A stretch of DNA of 64,000 nucleotides from an uncultured Candidatus Saccharibacteria bacterium (GCA_964357605.1 CAYHLX010000002.1:569-64568), one strand, 5' to 3'; shown: positions 8,954-18,648, counted from the first letter of the stretch. Made by a program: numbers and translations. The notes: generated by a model from the sequence alone, not told the origin.

Positions 8954-9997
8954 CTAAATTCGCGAGGTTCTGTATATTTCAAGCAAAGCAAAGAGAAGGG
9001 CTAGGACTAGTGGGCCTAGGATAAATCCAATAGCTCCAAAAAATGCCAGTCCTCCGAGCACAGATAGGAGGATGATGAATGGATGAATCTTGATGCCTTT
9101 ATTTACCAAGATTGGTCCGAGAATATTATCGATAAGACCGACGGCAATCATTCCCCATACAAGTAAGGCGATAGCTGGTCCAGTGGCCCCTGTAAAAAAC
9201 AGATATAGAATGCCGGGAACTAGAATTAGAGATGTACCGATACCTGGAATCAGGGCGGCCACAGCAGCAATACTTCCCCAAACGGCAGGATTTGGTACTC
9301 CAAATAAAGCGAATCCAATACCAGTAAGAATTCCCTGTATAATGCCCACGATCAAACTTCCAGCAAAGATAGAGTAGACAGCTTGTTCCAACCTATTCAA
9401 AATTCTTTCGTCATCAGCATCTCCAAGAGGACTAAGAGAAATAATCTGACGTTTCAACTCCTTTCCATCTCTCAAGAAATAGAATAAGGCAAGGAAACCA
9501 ATGAAAATCCCCAAAAGAACTCGACTTAACCCTGTAAATAGAGTGTCTAGATTAGAGAATGCCCACTCTAGACCTACTTGTAAATACTCAGTGATATTGA
9601 GGGTATCAAAAGAATACGCTGGGAAAAGATCGAACAGAGCGTGTGATAGCCATTGAGTAATGGAATTTAAAAGAGTAATAATTTCTGATCTACCTGCCTC
9701 TTCTGTGAGAAAGTAGTACATATCTTGTATTTCGGTGTAGAGCTTTCCCACAATAAAGAATGATGGAACAAGAACGATAAGCGCCACGAGAAGTAGGGTC
9801 AGAAATGAAGCGAAATTGCTTCTTTCCTTATTCTTACAAAAAATACGTAAGAAAAAACGGTAAATCGGCCCGAAGATAACGGCCAGAGCCAGAGCCAAAA
9901 CTACTGGCGTGAGAAATGGTAAAAGAATTAAAACGGCAAGGACAGCCACCGCTAGTAGTAATCCTGTAAAAAAATGATGCGAGGATTGATTATTCAT
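8954..9997 (-). CDS. AI-2E family transporter
   Basis: Multi-TM; ALIPGIG, IDNILGPILV, IHPFIILLSVLGGLAFFGAIGFILGP. Start moved to ATG 9997, just after a TGcTACACT -10. Confidence 0.9.
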   Translation of the reverse strand: MNNQSSHHFFTGLLLAVAVLAVLILLPFLTPVVLALALAVIFGPIYRFFLRIFCKNKERSNFASFLTLLLVALIVLVPSFFIVGKLYTEIQDMYYFLTEEAGRSEIITLLNSITQWLSHALFDLFPAYSFDTLNITEYLQVGLEWAFSNLDTLFTGLSRVLLGIFIGFLALFYFLRDGKELKRQIISLSPLGDADDERILNRLEQAVYSIFAGSLIVGIIQGILTGIGFALFGVPNPAVWGSIAAVAALIPGIGTSLILVPGILYLFFTGATGPAIALLVWGMIAVGLIDNILGPILVNKGIKIHPFIILLSVLGGLAFFGAIGFILGPLVLALLFALLEIYRTSRI

Positions 9998-10049
9998 GTC
10001 ATAAGTGTAGCAGATTAGTGGTTTTTGTTCCAATGTGCTAGTATGTAGG

Positions 10050-10142
10050 TATAAATCTTGTGGCCATTGGAATTCCAAGCTGGTATTGTTCGGCACTAGA
10101 GCTGACGGCAAGTCAAAAGTAGCGATTTCGATCGCTATTTTT
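10050..10142 (+). ncRNA. Putative ~90-nt small RNA convergent with the nuclease gene
   Basis: TGcTAGTAT -10 at 10036-10044, GC-richer non-coding body, hairpin plus T5 terminator. Confidence 0.4.
10120..10142. terminator. Bidirectional intrinsic terminator
   Basis: TAGCGAT-TTCG-ATCGCTA-TTTTT, with an A4 run upstream on the other side. Confidence 0.75.
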
Positions 10143-10506
10143 GTTTATAAAAATCAATGATGCTGAAAAAGCATAAATTTCCATTACTGGCTTTAATCGT
10201 AACTATTTTAATAAAATAGTTTTTATCTACTTCTTTTGAAATTTCACAGAACACAAACTTGTTCCCTTTTGTGTATCTAGCGGTCGACTGTTTTGAACTG
10301 ATAATTTCTGGTATATATTTAAGAAGACCGAATCTCCTTATTTGATCGTCGATTGGACGTAAACCTTTCTTTTTTCTCAAGAAATGCCTAAAACCTCGCC
10401 GATTAAAATAAATAGGGGTACCAGATAAAATAGGGCATGGAATAGATCCAATTGAAAAATAGTACTTTCTTGCTTCTACGAGAGATTTGGTATATTCAGA
10501 TATCAC
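10135..10506 (-). CDS. Small basic protein, putative Barnase/EndoU/ColicinE5/RelE-fold (PBECR-like) RNase
   Basis: IYFNRRGFRHF...R...RFGLL...EII...IKIV...FFSI pattern; very basic. Confidence 0.5.
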   Translation of the reverse strand: MISEYTKSLVEARKYYFSIGSIPCPILSGTPIYFNRRGFRHFLRKKKGLRPIDDQIRRFGLLKYIPEIISSKQSTARYTKGNKFVFCEISKEVDKNYFIKIVTIKASNGNLCFFSIIDFYKQK

Positions 10507-10621
10507 CTATACACCCTAACAAACACATGATGAAGAAATACCTAAAAAAGAATAAAGTTTTGATAAAATTTGTAGCTAGACAACAAAAAACTATTTCTTG
10601 CAAGAACGATATATCCCTATT

Positions 10622-11110
10622 TTACTCAATAAAACGTTTAGAACTATGTTTTATCTCATTAGCGATCAAGCTCTTACCTCTTTTATACATGGACTCCTCC
10701 ACATTTTCATATTCAACCAAATATAAATTAGGGATATTTTTTAACTGGTCCATAATATTCATGATTTTTATCTCAGAAAACACTGGTACTGATTCATAAC
10801 TAACGTATTCACCTTCTAGTTTTTCGGGGCTAAGCTGAAAATATTTAGATTCTACTTCATACAAATAACCGCTATTGTTTAACAATTCTAATTTGCCCGG
10901 CTGTAACTCATCAATATACATATCTTTTTCTTTTGTATAAGGATTAAACACATACGAAATAGCAACCTCATCTCCAGTGCCATAGATCATAGCGAGTGCA
11001 TAATTCTTATCATTAGTTGCAAATACTATCTTCTTGTTGCCACCCACTATGTGAGATTGTGGTTCAAAAAATTTTATCCCACCTATTTTAGATCCGTGAT
11101 AAAAAATCAT
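10622..11110 (-). CDS. Putative ADP-ribosyltransferase-fold protein (Arr-like)
   Basis: FYHGS...FEP...VFAT...A...GYLYEV...EYVS pattern. Confidence 0.5.
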   Translation of the reverse strand: MIFYHGSKIGGIKFFEPQSHIVGGNKKIVFATNDKNYALAMIYGTGDEVAISYVFNPYTKEKDMYIDELQPGKLELLNNSGYLYEVESKYFQLSPEKLEGEYVSYESVPVFSEIKIMNIMDQLKNIPNLYLVEYENVEESMYKRGKSLIANEIKHSSKRFIE

Positions 11111-11118
11111 ATTATTAG

Positions 11119-11481
11119 TTATCTCCTATAACCAGACAAAGTTTCGTTATATTCCCTTTCATCCTTAAAAACCTTCTGTTCTTTAATAACAGGCGAAAAT
11201 ATTTTCACAATCTCATCCCACTCTTCTTTTGTGACTTTTATGGCAAATTTCGTTTCTATAGGTACATCGTATCTCCAAATCTTGATATAACCATTTAATT
11301 CTCCTGAACCTACAAAAACATCTAGATCATGATTATCCTCACTTTTATATCCTTCAATATACCCGTAGTCCACTGGGTAGGTCACTCCAGCCAAAGGATA
11401 GTCTTTCCAGATCGGATCATTCTCAATCTCAAATGATTTATAACTACCCTTTAGATTTTCTATGACGACTTTATTATTCAT
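11119..11481 (-). CDS. Short inorganic pyrophosphatase-family protein
   Basis: YPVDYGYIEG...EDNHDLDVFV; start ATG 11481 overlaps the NUDIX gene end. Confidence 0.8.
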   Translation of the reverse strand: MNNKVVIENLKGSYKSFEIENDPIWKDYPLAGVTYPVDYGYIEGYKSEDNHDLDVFVGSGELNGYIKIWRYDVPIETKFAIKVTKEEWDEIVKIFSPVIKEQKVFKDEREYNETLSGYRR

Positions 11482-11932
11482 GTTTATTTTTCCACTTCTC
11501 CTGAAACTCCTTAACCCCTTGTAACCACCCGCCCTTAAAATAATTCTCTGGAACAAATGAATCTATGGACACCCATTCGTGTCTTTCATGATTTTTACCG
11601 AGGCTCAGATCACCGCCTAAATATTTCGCATCATACCCCACGGCAAAAATCCTCCTCTTGGCTCTCTCGCCAGAAGAAAGGATTTCGTCTCTTTCGTGAC
11701 GCATAAAGACAATAGGCTCTCCTAATTCGTATTTAACCTTGTCACCAAGCTCTTCTTTGATCTTTCTTTCGACAACAGACTCTAGGGGTGTGGAAAAATC
11801 ATTCTCCCTTAACCTCCCGCCTGGAATATCCCAGTCTCCAAACCTATCTTTCGTAATCAACATTCTTCCCTTCTCATCTTGCAAGAAGACTTTTACCGCT
11901 ACAAAATAAACATCTTTATTAGTTGATTCCAC
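11474..11932 (-). CDS. NUDIX hydrolase
   Basis: WDIPGGRL...RKIKEELG variant Nudix box. Confidence 0.88.
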   Translation of the reverse strand: MESTNKDVYFVAVKVFLQDEKGRMLITKDRFGDWDIPGGRLRENDFSTPLESVVERKIKEELGDKVKYELGEPIVFMRHERDEILSSGERAKRRIFAVGYDAKYLGGDLSLGKNHERHEWVSIDSFVPENYFKGGWLQGVKEFQEKWKNKHE

Positions 11933-12004
11933 TATATTTAATGTATTTATAAAAGATAAGATATGTTACTATTATTTAAATAATAGATTATACTTAATCA
12001 TATC

Positions 12005-12589
12005 ATGCCAAAATGCTTAGTAAAAGATTGTCAGAAATTGACCCAATTCAAGAATACTAAAAATAAATACTGCTTAATGCACCTGGCTAGAATTAGGAGA
12101 CACGGTTATCCAGAGCTAAAAAAAGAACGAGGAGAACATAGTTCAGAGAAACTTCCTCATTCACTAGATAATTTTATTTTAAAAAACAGTAACATAATGG
12201 ATGACGAGGGGATAGTAACTAAATTAGAAAAAATGGGTTATAAAAATATAAGCAGATGGAACATAGGATATAGAAGAAGAAAGTTGGGGAAAAGAAAGTA
12301 CCTTCGTGGAGAAATTAAAAAACATAAAGCTTGGATCCGTACACAAGCAATAAGAAAGTATGGTGATAAATGTGAGATTTGCGGATATTGCATGGCAGTA
12401 GATACTCATCATATTATCCCTAAATACCAGGGAGGTCCTCACGAGATCGAAAATTTAATAGTAATATGTCCGAACTGCCATGCTCTTATTACACGAGGAA
12501 AAATGATTTTGAAAAGTAGAGACAATATAACAAAAATCCGTAAAGAAATGATGAGTGTTATCAAATCCTATTATAAATTTCAAGAATAA
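12005..12589 (+). CDS. HNH endonuclease with N-terminal Cys/His zinc-finger
   Basis: CEICG...DTHHIIP...GG..EIENLIVICPNCH; N-terminal CLVKDC...YCLMH. Confidence 0.9.
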   Translation: MPKCLVKDCQKLTQFKNTKNKYCLMHLARIRRHGYPELKKERGEHSSEKLPHSLDNFILKNSNIMDDEGIVTKLEKMGYKNISRWNIGYRRRKLGKRKYLRGEIKKHKAWIRTQAIRKYGDKCEICGYCMAVDTHHIIPKYQGGPHEIENLIVICPNCHALITRGKMILKSRDNITKIRKEMMSVIKSYYKFQE

Positions 12590-12591
12590 TA

Positions 12592-15126
12592 CTATTTTTT
12601 ATGGTAAGAGGCATTTATCATTCCACACTTTTTCCATTTATAGACCTCGTTTGTTGTAGGGTTGATGGCACCACAAGGACACGGATCATTCCTACCAACT
12701 TCTGGATTCTTAGCAACTGGTACCGAAGCTTTTGAGCCCCCATCTCCTTCAGTAATAGCCTGAGCCTCATCATGAACCTCCTTTAGCTTTACTTGTTCTG
12801 GTGCCGCAACTTGCGCAGCAATATGAGGTAGTAGATTTAATATTTGATTGTCTATCACCACCTGCATCTCCTTAAAAAGTCTTAGTCCTTCCCTTTTGTA
12901 CTCCACCAAAGGATCGCGCTGTCCATAAGCTCGGAGATTAACACTTGAGCGTGTGTAGTCCATCACTTCCAAATGTTCAACCCAAAACATATCTATCGTC
13001 TGAAGCATGATCTGGCGAGCCGTAAGGAGAAATCTCTCTTTCCCAATCTGAGAAATCTTGTCTTCCATTACTTTTTTAGCCTCGGCATTTTCACCAATCA
13101 CTTCTAGAAGTTTAGACTCCACTTCCTCCGGAGTACCCATGAGAATCTTTCTTCTTCTTTCGTACACCGTTTTTCTCTGCTGGTTCAAAATGTCATCATA
13201 TTCCAAAACATGTTTTCGAGAATCAAAGTTAAAACCTTCAATTTTGGACTGGGCATTTTCCAAAGTTTTAGTGATCATTCTATTTTCAATCGCCTGATCA
13301 TCGGCAATATTGAGCTTACCCATCAGGCTTTTTACAGTATCGGAGGCAAAAACTCTCATCAGAGAATCTTCCAGAGAAACAAAGAATTGAGTCGCTCCAG
13401 GATCACCCTGTCGTCCAGATCTCCCTCGCAACTGGTTGTCTATACGACGAGCCTCATGTCTTTCAGTACCCAGAACAAAAAGGCCGCCAAAACTTTTGAC
13501 CTCTTCATATAGCTCCTTACTTCCAGGATTACCTCCAAGCTTGATATCCACTCCACGACCAGCCATGTTTGTAGCAATCGTCACCCCGCTCTTTTTACCA
13601 GCCTGAGCAATAATTTCCCCTTCCTTTTCGTGATTCTTAGCATTCAGAACTTGATGAACAACCCCTTCGGCCTTCAAAAATTCAGACAAGACCTCATTCT
13701 TTTCAATAGAAACTGTACCGATCAAGACAGGTTGCCCCTTTTGATTTAACTCTTTAACTTTTCTTGCAATGGCCTTAAACTTCCCAATTTCAGTTTGAAA
13801 GATAAGATCGTTATGATCCTCGCGAGCAATAGACTTGTTCGTAGGAACAATCAAAGTATCTAAACCATAAACCTTATAAAATTCCTCACTGGAAGTGGCT
13901 GCCGTACCTGTCATACCAGAAAGTTTCTTGTAAAGTCTAAAATAGTTCTGGAAAGTAATGGATGCAAAAGTTCTAGACTCTTTCTGGATAGGAACTCCTT
14001 CCTTGGCTTCGATCGCCTGATGCAGTCCTTCTGACCAACGACGCCCCGGCTGTAATCGTCCAGTAAATGTATCTACAATCACCACTTCATTGTCTTTCAC
14101 TACATACTCCTGATCATTATTATAAAGTGCCTTCGCTTTCACCGCTGTCTCTAAATGGTGCACATATTTTATCCCTTTATCAGTATAAATATTCCCAATG
14201 CCGAGTTTCTTTTCCACCTTCTCTATACCTGCTGGAGTAAGAGCAATACTTTTATGTTTTTCATCAACAGTGTAGTCCTCTTCTTTTACCAGCTCACGAG
14301 CAATCATAGAAAATGTCTGGTAAAGATTTTCCGAATCGGTAGTCGGTGAAGAAATGATGAGAGGCGTTCTCGCTTCATCGATAAGAATTGAGTCCACCTC
14401 ATCCACAACAGCATAATTAAACTCCCTCTGACGAAGATTCTGTTCTTGATATTCTAGATTATCACGCAAATAATCAAAACCAAATTCATTATTTGTGCCG
14501 TAGGTAATGTCTGCTGCATAGGCCTCCCGGCGAGAAACTGGGCGCAAAAATTCATGAACAACATGGAAAGCCCCTTTCTCATCTCTCTCCTTGTCTTTCT
14601 CGGTATGGGCTGGATCGTAGATAAAAGAAGATTCATGATTGATCACCCCCGTAGAAATTCCTAAAGCCGCATAAACTTGACCCATCCAAACTGCATCGCG
14701 TCTGGAAAGGTAGTCGTTCACCGTGACAATATGCACACCCTTACCAGTCAAAGCGTTAAGGTAAGCCGGTAAAGTTGCGACTAGAGTCTTTCCTTCTCCT
14801 GTCCTCATCTCGGCAATATTACCATTATGTAAAATCGCCCCTCCAATGAGCTGCACATCAAAATGTCTCTGTCCCAAAGTCCTTTTTGAAGCCTCTCGTA
14901 CCAGAGCAAAAGCTTCTGGAAGGATTTCGTTCAAAATCACTTTCTGTTCTTCGTAACTTTTTCCTGCCAATCTTGATTTAAATTCGGCCGTTTTTTCTTT
15001 CAACTGAACGTCAGAAAGAGCAGAGGTAGTTGATTCTAAAGCGTTAATCTGAGATACAAAACCCTCAAATTTCTTGAGATTTTTCTTATTCTGATCACCA
15101 AAAATGTTTTTGATAGAAAATGCCAC
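12592..15126 (-). CDS. secA: Preprotein translocase ATPase SecA
   Basis: EMRTGEGKT, VDEVDSILIDEARTPLIIS, TNMAGRG, GRSGRQGDPG, GRNDPCPCG. Confidence 0.99.
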   Translation of the reverse strand: MAFSIKNIFGDQNKKNLKKFEGFVSQINALESTTSALSDVQLKEKTAEFKSRLAGKSYEEQKVILNEILPEAFALVREASKRTLGQRHFDVQLIGGAILHNGNIAEMRTGEGKTLVATLPAYLNALTGKGVHIVTVNDYLSRRDAVWMGQVYAALGISTGVINHESSFIYDPAHTEKDKERDEKGAFHVVHEFLRPVSRREAYAADITYGTNNEFGFDYLRDNLEYQEQNLRQREFNYAVVDEVDSILIDEARTPLIISSPTTDSENLYQTFSMIARELVKEEDYTVDEKHKSIALTPAGIEKVEKKLGIGNIYTDKGIKYVHHLETAVKAKALYNNDQEYVVKDNEVVIVDTFTGRLQPGRRWSEGLHQAIEAKEGVPIQKESRTFASITFQNYFRLYKKLSGMTGTAATSSEEFYKVYGLDTLIVPTNKSIAREDHNDLIFQTEIGKFKAIARKVKELNQKGQPVLIGTVSIEKNEVLSEFLKAEGVVHQVLNAKNHEKEGEIIAQAGKKSGVTIATNMAGRGVDIKLGGNPGSKELYEEVKSFGGLFVLGTERHEARRIDNQLRGRSGRQGDPGATQFFVSLEDSLMRVFASDTVKSLMGKLNIADDQAIENRMITKTLENAQSKIEGFNFDSRKHVLEYDDILNQQRKTVYERRRKILMGTPEEVESKLLEVIGENAEAKKVMEDKISQIGKERFLLTARQIMLQTIDMFWVEHLEVMDYTRSSVNLRAYGQRDPLVEYKREGLRLFKEMQVVIDNQILNLLPHIAAQVAAPEQVKLKEVHDEAQAITEGDGGSKASVPVAKNPEVGRNDPCPCGAINPTTNEVYKWKKCGMINASYHKK

Positions 15127-15143
15127 CGAGGCACTATAACATA

Positions 15144-16166
15144 TTATCCCACATATTGCACTTCTGTCTCTATCTCTATGCCCGTCTTTTCCTTAACAAT
15201 TTCGGTGATATTTTGAGCGAACTCCTTTACCTCACGAGCTGTAGCATTTCCATTATTAACTAGGACCAAAGCTTGGTTTCTGTACGTTCCCACATCCCCT
15301 TTTGAAATACCTCTATATTTACAAACCTGATCAATAATCCAGCCAAGTGGTACTTTCACAATCTTGTCATCTATAGGAAAAAGAGGCATGTCTGGATAGG
15401 TGGCTTTAAGCTCATGAGCTTCCGCATGGGAGATGAGAGGATTCTTAAAAAATGATCCAGCGGTACCAACAAGCTTAACATCAGGCAGTTTGTTGCGACG
15501 GATATCTATCACGGCATTGCGCACCTGAGAAAGTGTTGGGGCGATAATATCTTTCTTTGAAAAATGATCCCTAACATCTTTATAACCTACATTCACCTTC
15601 CCCTCCTTCTTCAAAATAAAAGTTATAGAAATAATAATAAACCTGCCTGATTCTCTCTTGAATAGACTGTCACGATACGAAAAATGGCAATCTAGATTTG
15701 AAATATTCAAAAATTCACCTTTTTTAGTATCAAAAGCTCTCACAGAATCGATCGTATCTTTGGCTTCACTCCCATAAGCGCCGATATTCTGCACTGGAGC
15801 GGCGCCGACAGTCCCCGGAATATATGACAAATTTTCTATTCCATAGAGATCTTTTTTCACACACTCTTCTACAAAAGAATCCCAATCTTCGCCAGCTTTC
15901 GCTATAACTTGCACATTTCCATTTTCATCTGGAATATATTCTACCCCTTTAATCTCCATATTTATCACCAAACCCTGGAAACCTTCATCTGAAACTAAAA
16001 TATTTGATCCGCCACCAAGCACAAAAAATGGTACTCTCTTTGTTTTAGCAAAATCTAAAGCTTCCAAAAGCTCCGATTCACTTCTCACATAACAAAAGAA
16101 CTGGGCCTGCCCCCCAATTCTAAATGTGGTAAATTCTTTGAGGTTTTTGTTATTTTCGATCTTCAT
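15144..16166 (-). CDS. murB: UDP-N-acetylenolpyruvoylglucosamine reductase
   Basis: LGGGSNIL, IPGTVGAAPVQNIGAYG, GSFFKNP, ALVLVN; start set at MKIENN. Confidence 0.97.
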   Translation of the reverse strand: MKIENNKNLKEFTTFRIGGQAQFFCYVRSESELLEALDFAKTKRVPFFVLGGGSNILVSDEGFQGLVINMEIKGVEYIPDENGNVQVIAKAGEDWDSFVEECVKKDLYGIENLSYIPGTVGAAPVQNIGAYGSEAKDTIDSVRAFDTKKGEFLNISNLDCHFSYRDSLFKRESGRFIIISITFILKKEGKVNVGYKDVRDHFSKKDIIAPTLSQVRNAVIDIRRNKLPDVKLVGTAGSFFKNPLISHAEAHELKATYPDMPLFPIDDKIVKVPLGWIIDQVCKYRGISKGDVGTYRNQALVLVNNGNATAREVKEFAQNITEIVKEKTGIEIETEVQYVG

Positions 16167-16171
16167 CTTTT

Positions 16172-16264
16172 GATTGCGCCAAATATTGGCGACGGGTGTT
16201 AGCTCCAAATATAATGTCTAAATTAATATGTGAGTACAGCCGCCGCCAGCACTTGAAACAATCC
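16172..16264 (-). ncRNA. Structured murB leader / small RNA ('RNA2'): ~28-bp imperfect stem with a large loop
   Basis: GAUUG..UCAAGUGCUGGCGGCGG pairs with CCGUCGCCAAUAUUUGG..CAAUC using G-U pairs. TGgTAGAAT -10 at 16270-16278 places +1 at the stem base. Confidence 0.6.
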
Positions 16265-16286
16265 TACTTATTCTACCATAAACGCA

Positions 16287-16359
16287 AATTCCTGCCGAGG
16301 CAGGAGCTTACGTAGACATTTATTTGATGGACTAACATTTTATGTGTTAGTACTCACAC
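16287..16359 (-). ncRNA. Putative ~75-nt small RNA ('RNA1') complementary to the RNA2 loop
   Basis: Own promoter; internal ACUAACA/UGUUAGU hairpin; 3' hairpin UCCUGCCUCGGCAGGA followed by AUUU. Confidence 0.55.
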
Positions 16360-16365
16360 AGGTAT

Positions 16366-16394
16366 ATTATACGCCTTTTCCACAGGTTATGCAA
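16366..16394 (-). promoter_or_regulatory. Sigma70 promoter with a DnaA-box in its spacer
   Basis: TTGCAT (16394-16389), 17 nt, TATAAT (16371-16366); TTTTCCACA at 16376-16384. Confidence 0.7.
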
Positions 16395-16398
16395 TGAG

Positions 16399-18648
16399 TT
16401 ATCCACCAACTTCAACCTGTTTTATGGCTTCATCAACTTGAGTTTTCAAGTCAGGATGATCTTTAGCAATCTTTCGAAGGGTTGCAATCGCCTCATATTT
16501 TAACCCGGCCATATTTTGGACTTGAGCCAACTGACTATTCAAACTCAGATCTGTAGGATTAGCTACGAGAAGTTTTTTGTATAAGGCAATAGATTTTGAA
16601 TAATTTTTGATCGAAGCATAAATCTGCGCTATTTGCGTCGTTTCAAACAGCTCTGGGCTATCACTAAAAATCTTTCTGGCTTCATCTTCTTTCCCTGCTG
16701 CGACAAGTACCGAGAGATATGAACTCTTTGCTACGGTATAGCCTGGTTCAGATTCATATGCTTTTTTATACAAAGCTAGGGCGTCTTCCATTCTATTGGC
16801 ATTGATGTACGCTCCAGCAAGCTGAAAACTTATGGACTGCTTATCCGGAGAAAGTTTGTGAGCTTTTTCTAGCAGAGGAGTAGAGACAATAAACTGTCCC
16901 GTAGAATTGTAGAAACCACCAGCCAGGACGTAAATTCTAGCGTCTTCTGGAGCACTGTCAATTTGTTTTTTAACTTCTTGGGACAGAAATTCTAAGAATT
17001 TTTGCTTTTGTTCATTTGAATATGGACCATTCATCACAGAACCTGTACAGCTGATCAGTTGTTCCCTAATCTCCTGATTGGCCATAGAACTATCTATAGC
17101 TAGGGCTCTTTCATAGAATTCTGTAGACCCGCCTGTTTGTTGCGTACCACAGGCCCTGAGAGCATCCACAAGACGTAGATTAGCCTGTATTGGACGAACG
17201 TTGATAAAATACAACACCACAAGAAACAAGATCACTACTACAGGAAAGATGGCATAATCTCTCACAATATTGAAGTTTTCACTCTGAGTATTTATTCTTT
17301 TTTCTACCCAAGATAGTGATTTGCCAGATTCCATAGAATGAACAAAGGCCAAGATAGTGAAGAAGAGTACATAACTTGCCAAGTTATCGAACACGAAGAC
17401 GTTGTGTATACCATATCCCACAATCAAACCTATGAATATCGCTTTCTCAGTCAGAGACAAACCACTTCTCCAAACCGAAATAAGAGAGATAATGAAAAAC
17501 GATAGATAAGCAATCAGCCCAAGTAACCCAGCCGCTACCAACCAATCTAGAAAAACACTATGAGCTCTATCAAACCATTGTTCCTGGTTCCACATTCTAG
17601 GCTCATAATTTTCATTAAAAATGTAATTAAAATTTTCTTGACCCAAACCGATAATGGCTTCTTTTGGGGAATCAAAGACCCCCTTTACCGCCATTGGCCA
17701 AATAAATCCTCGAGCCTGAGTCTTGGTATCCTGCCAAGAGATAGAAGCCATACGACGTAGAGTCTCGTTGTTCTGGATAAAAGCCGCGTCTTTATTGGCG
17801 TAAAAAAGAATTCCCAAAAGAATAGTTAGAACAATGATAGAGCCGGAAGCAATTCTTATTTTTTTATGTGCCTTATCAAAGATCGCTAAAATAAGTAGCA
17901 TAACGAGACCTCCCCCCATCAGTCCGATAAGCGTACCTCTTGTTCCTGTTTCAAAGAGGATAAAAGCAAAAAGAAGAGTAAAAATGCTGTAGATCCAAAC
18001 TTTGACTGGTTGTTTCTTGGCCCAGGACACAGAGAGCAGGTAGAGAGAAATAAAGATATGGAAGAGCATATACACCGCCAAATAGATTGCATTTCCTAGA
18101 GAAGCATCTATACGCGTTGAGCCTTGGTGAATATCGGCAACTCCAGTAAGTTGAAAAATACCATAGATAGATGCAAGCAAAGCAACAAAAAGTGACACAT
18201 TAAAAAACTTGTGCCAAATTTTCTTCTCTTGAAAAACACTCCCCAGTACTATGAAATAAGCCCAAATATGTACAATCGCCATCCAACCTTCCATACGTTC
18301 AAAGTTTGACCAGATACTTCGTAGAGGATTCATCCCGAGCAGATCAGCAATGAGTACAATTACAGCAAAAGATGAGATAGCCACAGTCAGCCAAGAAAAC
18401 TTGGGAACATACTTTCTGTCTCTAAGCATGAGCAGGATCCAAGCCCCAAACATCACCTCCACAATGATACGAAACACAAAGGCCTTACTCGTAATAAAAG
18501 GAAAGAAAAAGTCATTGGCAAAGAAAATCAAACCGCTAGGATCCTTAACCCCCGGATCCGAAGGAGCAATAAGGAAGATAAATGGAATCAAAAAAATACC
18601 GCTAAAAATAATGTACTTGAGAATGTTGGTGATTGTATTATTGTTCAT
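16399..18648 (-). CDS. O-antigen ligase/O-oligosaccharyltransferase-like membrane protein with C-terminal TPRs
   Basis: Many TMs; SLGNAIYLA, TGTRG, GLGQENF, DRAHSVFLDWLVAAGLLG; TPR-like helical tail. Confidence 0.9.
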   Translation of the reverse strand: MNNNTITNILKYIIFSGIFLIPFIFLIAPSDPGVKDPSGLIFFANDFFFPFITSKAFVFRIIVEVMFGAWILLMLRDRKYVPKFSWLTVAISSFAVIVLIADLLGMNPLRSIWSNFERMEGWMAIVHIWAYFIVLGSVFQEKKIWHKFFNVSLFVALLASIYGIFQLTGVADIHQGSTRIDASLGNAIYLAVYMLFHIFISLYLLSVSWAKKQPVKVWIYSIFTLLFAFILFETGTRGTLIGLMGGGLVMLLILAIFDKAHKKIRIASGSIIVLTILLGILFYANKDAAFIQNNETLRRMASISWQDTKTQARGFIWPMAVKGVFDSPKEAIIGLGQENFNYIFNENYEPRMWNQEQWFDRAHSVFLDWLVAAGLLGLIAYLSFFIISLISVWRSGLSLTEKAIFIGLIVGYGIHNVFVFDNLASYVLFFTILAFVHSMESGKSLSWVEKRINTQSENFNIVRDYAIFPVVVILFLVVLYFINVRPIQANLRLVDALRACGTQQTGGSTEFYERALAIDSSMANQEIREQLISCTGSVMNGPYSNEQKQKFLEFLSQEVKKQIDSAPEDARIYVLAGGFYNSTGQFIVSTPLLEKAHKLSPDKQSISFQLAGAYINANRMEDALALYKKAYESEPGYTVAKSSYLSVLVAAGKEDEARKIFSDSPELFETTQIAQIYASIKNYSKSIALYKKLLVANPTDLSLNSQLAQVQNMAGLKYEAIATLRKIAKDHPDLKTQVDEAIKQVEVGG

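Noticed and set aside
16167-16398. SRP RNA, T-box, IS110 bridge RNA or retron identity
   Set aside because: SRP and T-box motifs absent; both guide-like segments are complementary to the same strand; no recombinase or reverse transcriptase nearby.
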